Program-made: the position numbers and the translations under genes
Shown here: piece by piece, positions 63,242 to 64,000 of the stretch
How the letters are laid out: each line of letters starts with the position of its first letter
Numbering within the stretch: position 1 is the first letter of the stretch
The notes under the pieces: model-generated
What the model was told of the DNA's origin: nothing
The model's database searches: none
Seen by the model: the letters and a program-made list of their open reading frames with translations, nothing else
DNA from: Eledone cirrhosa
Taxonomy: Eukaryota
Direction of reading: 5' to 3'
Assembly: GCA_964016885.1 (NCBI GenBank)
Contig: OZ024744.1
Location: forward strand, 123,442,001 to 123,506,000
DNA: 64,000 nucleotides

Positions 63242-63829
63242 ACCACCTTGCAGTGTGTACTGAGTACTTTTTGTCATGACACCTATATGACGACTACAGT
63301 GTGGATTGGGTACTTTTTGTTGTGACACCTACATGACCATTTTACAGTGTGTACTGGATACTTTTTGTTGTGACACACCTACATGGCCACTTTATATTGT
63401 GTGGTGGATGACTTTTGTGGAGACATCTACATGACCAGTTTACAGTGTGTACTGGATACTTTTTGTTGTGACACACCTACATGGCCACTTTATATTGTGT
63501 GGTGGATGACTTTTGTGGAGACACCTACATGACCAGTTTACAGTGAGTACTGGGTGCTTTTTATTGTAACACCTACATGACCACTTTAGAGTGTGTGCTG
63601 GGTACTTTTTGTGGTGACTCCTACATGATCAGTTTACAGTGTATTCGGGGTACTTTTTTTCATGATACCTACATGAACACTTTACAGTGTTTACTGGGTA
63701 CGTTTTGTTGTGATATCTACATGAACCCTTTAGAATCTGGACTGGGTACTTTTTGTTGTGACACCTACATGACCAGCTTACAGTCTGTACTGGGTTCTTT
63801 TTGTCATGACACCTACATGACCAGTTTAC

Positions 63830-63962
63830 AGGGTCTGACCGGAAGTGACCAACAGGGTGTCTGTCAATCACAAAGGGAATCAACTCCAGCTACTTCCTGT
63901 CTAGAGAGCGTTACTCTATTTGTGATGTGCTCATCACAACAAGGGAGTCAACTCTTGCTACA
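63830..63962 (-). mobile_element. Truncated mosaic LTR 5' end in the satellite
   Basis: Ends CTCTTGCTACA. Combines E-type GGTCTGACCGGAAGTGACCAACAGGG with N2-type AGCGTTACTCTATT..GATGTGCTC. Confidence 0.85.
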
Positions 63963-64000
63963 CACCTACATGAGTACAATGTGTACTTTTTGTCATGACA

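Larger units (their letters stand above)
28757..64000. repeat. 48-bp satellite array, consensus TGACACCTACATGACCACTTTACAGTGTGTACTGGGTACTTTTTGTTG; interrupted by TEs and running off the window end
   Basis: Hundreds of head-to-tail monomers in one orientation. The 16-aa periodicity in the ORF track (MTTLQCVLGTFCCDTY) confirms 48 bp. Confidence 0.98.

Noticed and set aside
28785-63883. Many Cys/His-rich ORFs (MTTLQCVLGTFCCDTY and HTVKWSCRCHNKKYPV repeats) resembling metallothionein or zinc-finger proteins
   Set aside because: They are translations of a 48-bp satellite whose length is divisible by 3. Stops and frameshifts are frequent, there is no C2H2 spacing, and the unit matches non-coding SINE sequence.
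28757-64000. CRISPR-like array
   Set aside because: Monomers are head to tail with no unique spacers, there are no cas genes, and the context is eukaryotic.

Overview
This is eukaryotic, repeat-saturated DNA with no recognisable host gene. It is probably cephalopod (Octopus-like), inferred from the SINE types. Positions 1-28.7 kb are a nest of decayed transposons: three kinds of LTR sequence from CsRn1/Kabuki-clade Gypsy elements (coding, non-autonomous and solo LTRs; tRNA-Trp PBS, 4-bp TSDs, LTR ends TG...TA/AA), hAT transposons, RTE, CR1-like and CRE-like LINE fragments, tRNA-derived SINEs and (TA)n tracts. Positions 28.7-64 kb are a 48-bp satellite array with higher-order structure, interrupted by further LTR elements and hAT MITEs. 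The most notable observations are: two type I hammerhead ribozymes at 25.2-25.8 kb; a non-autonomous LTR element carrying a 32-nt tRNA-Trp copy with a mismatch exactly at position 58; a satellite monomer that matches an internal segment of the local SINE; a -1 frameshift signal whose hairpin is kept with different sequences in three Gypsy copies; and modular shuffling of LTR and internal blocks. All alignments were done by eye, and family assignments come from recalled motifs rather than database searches.
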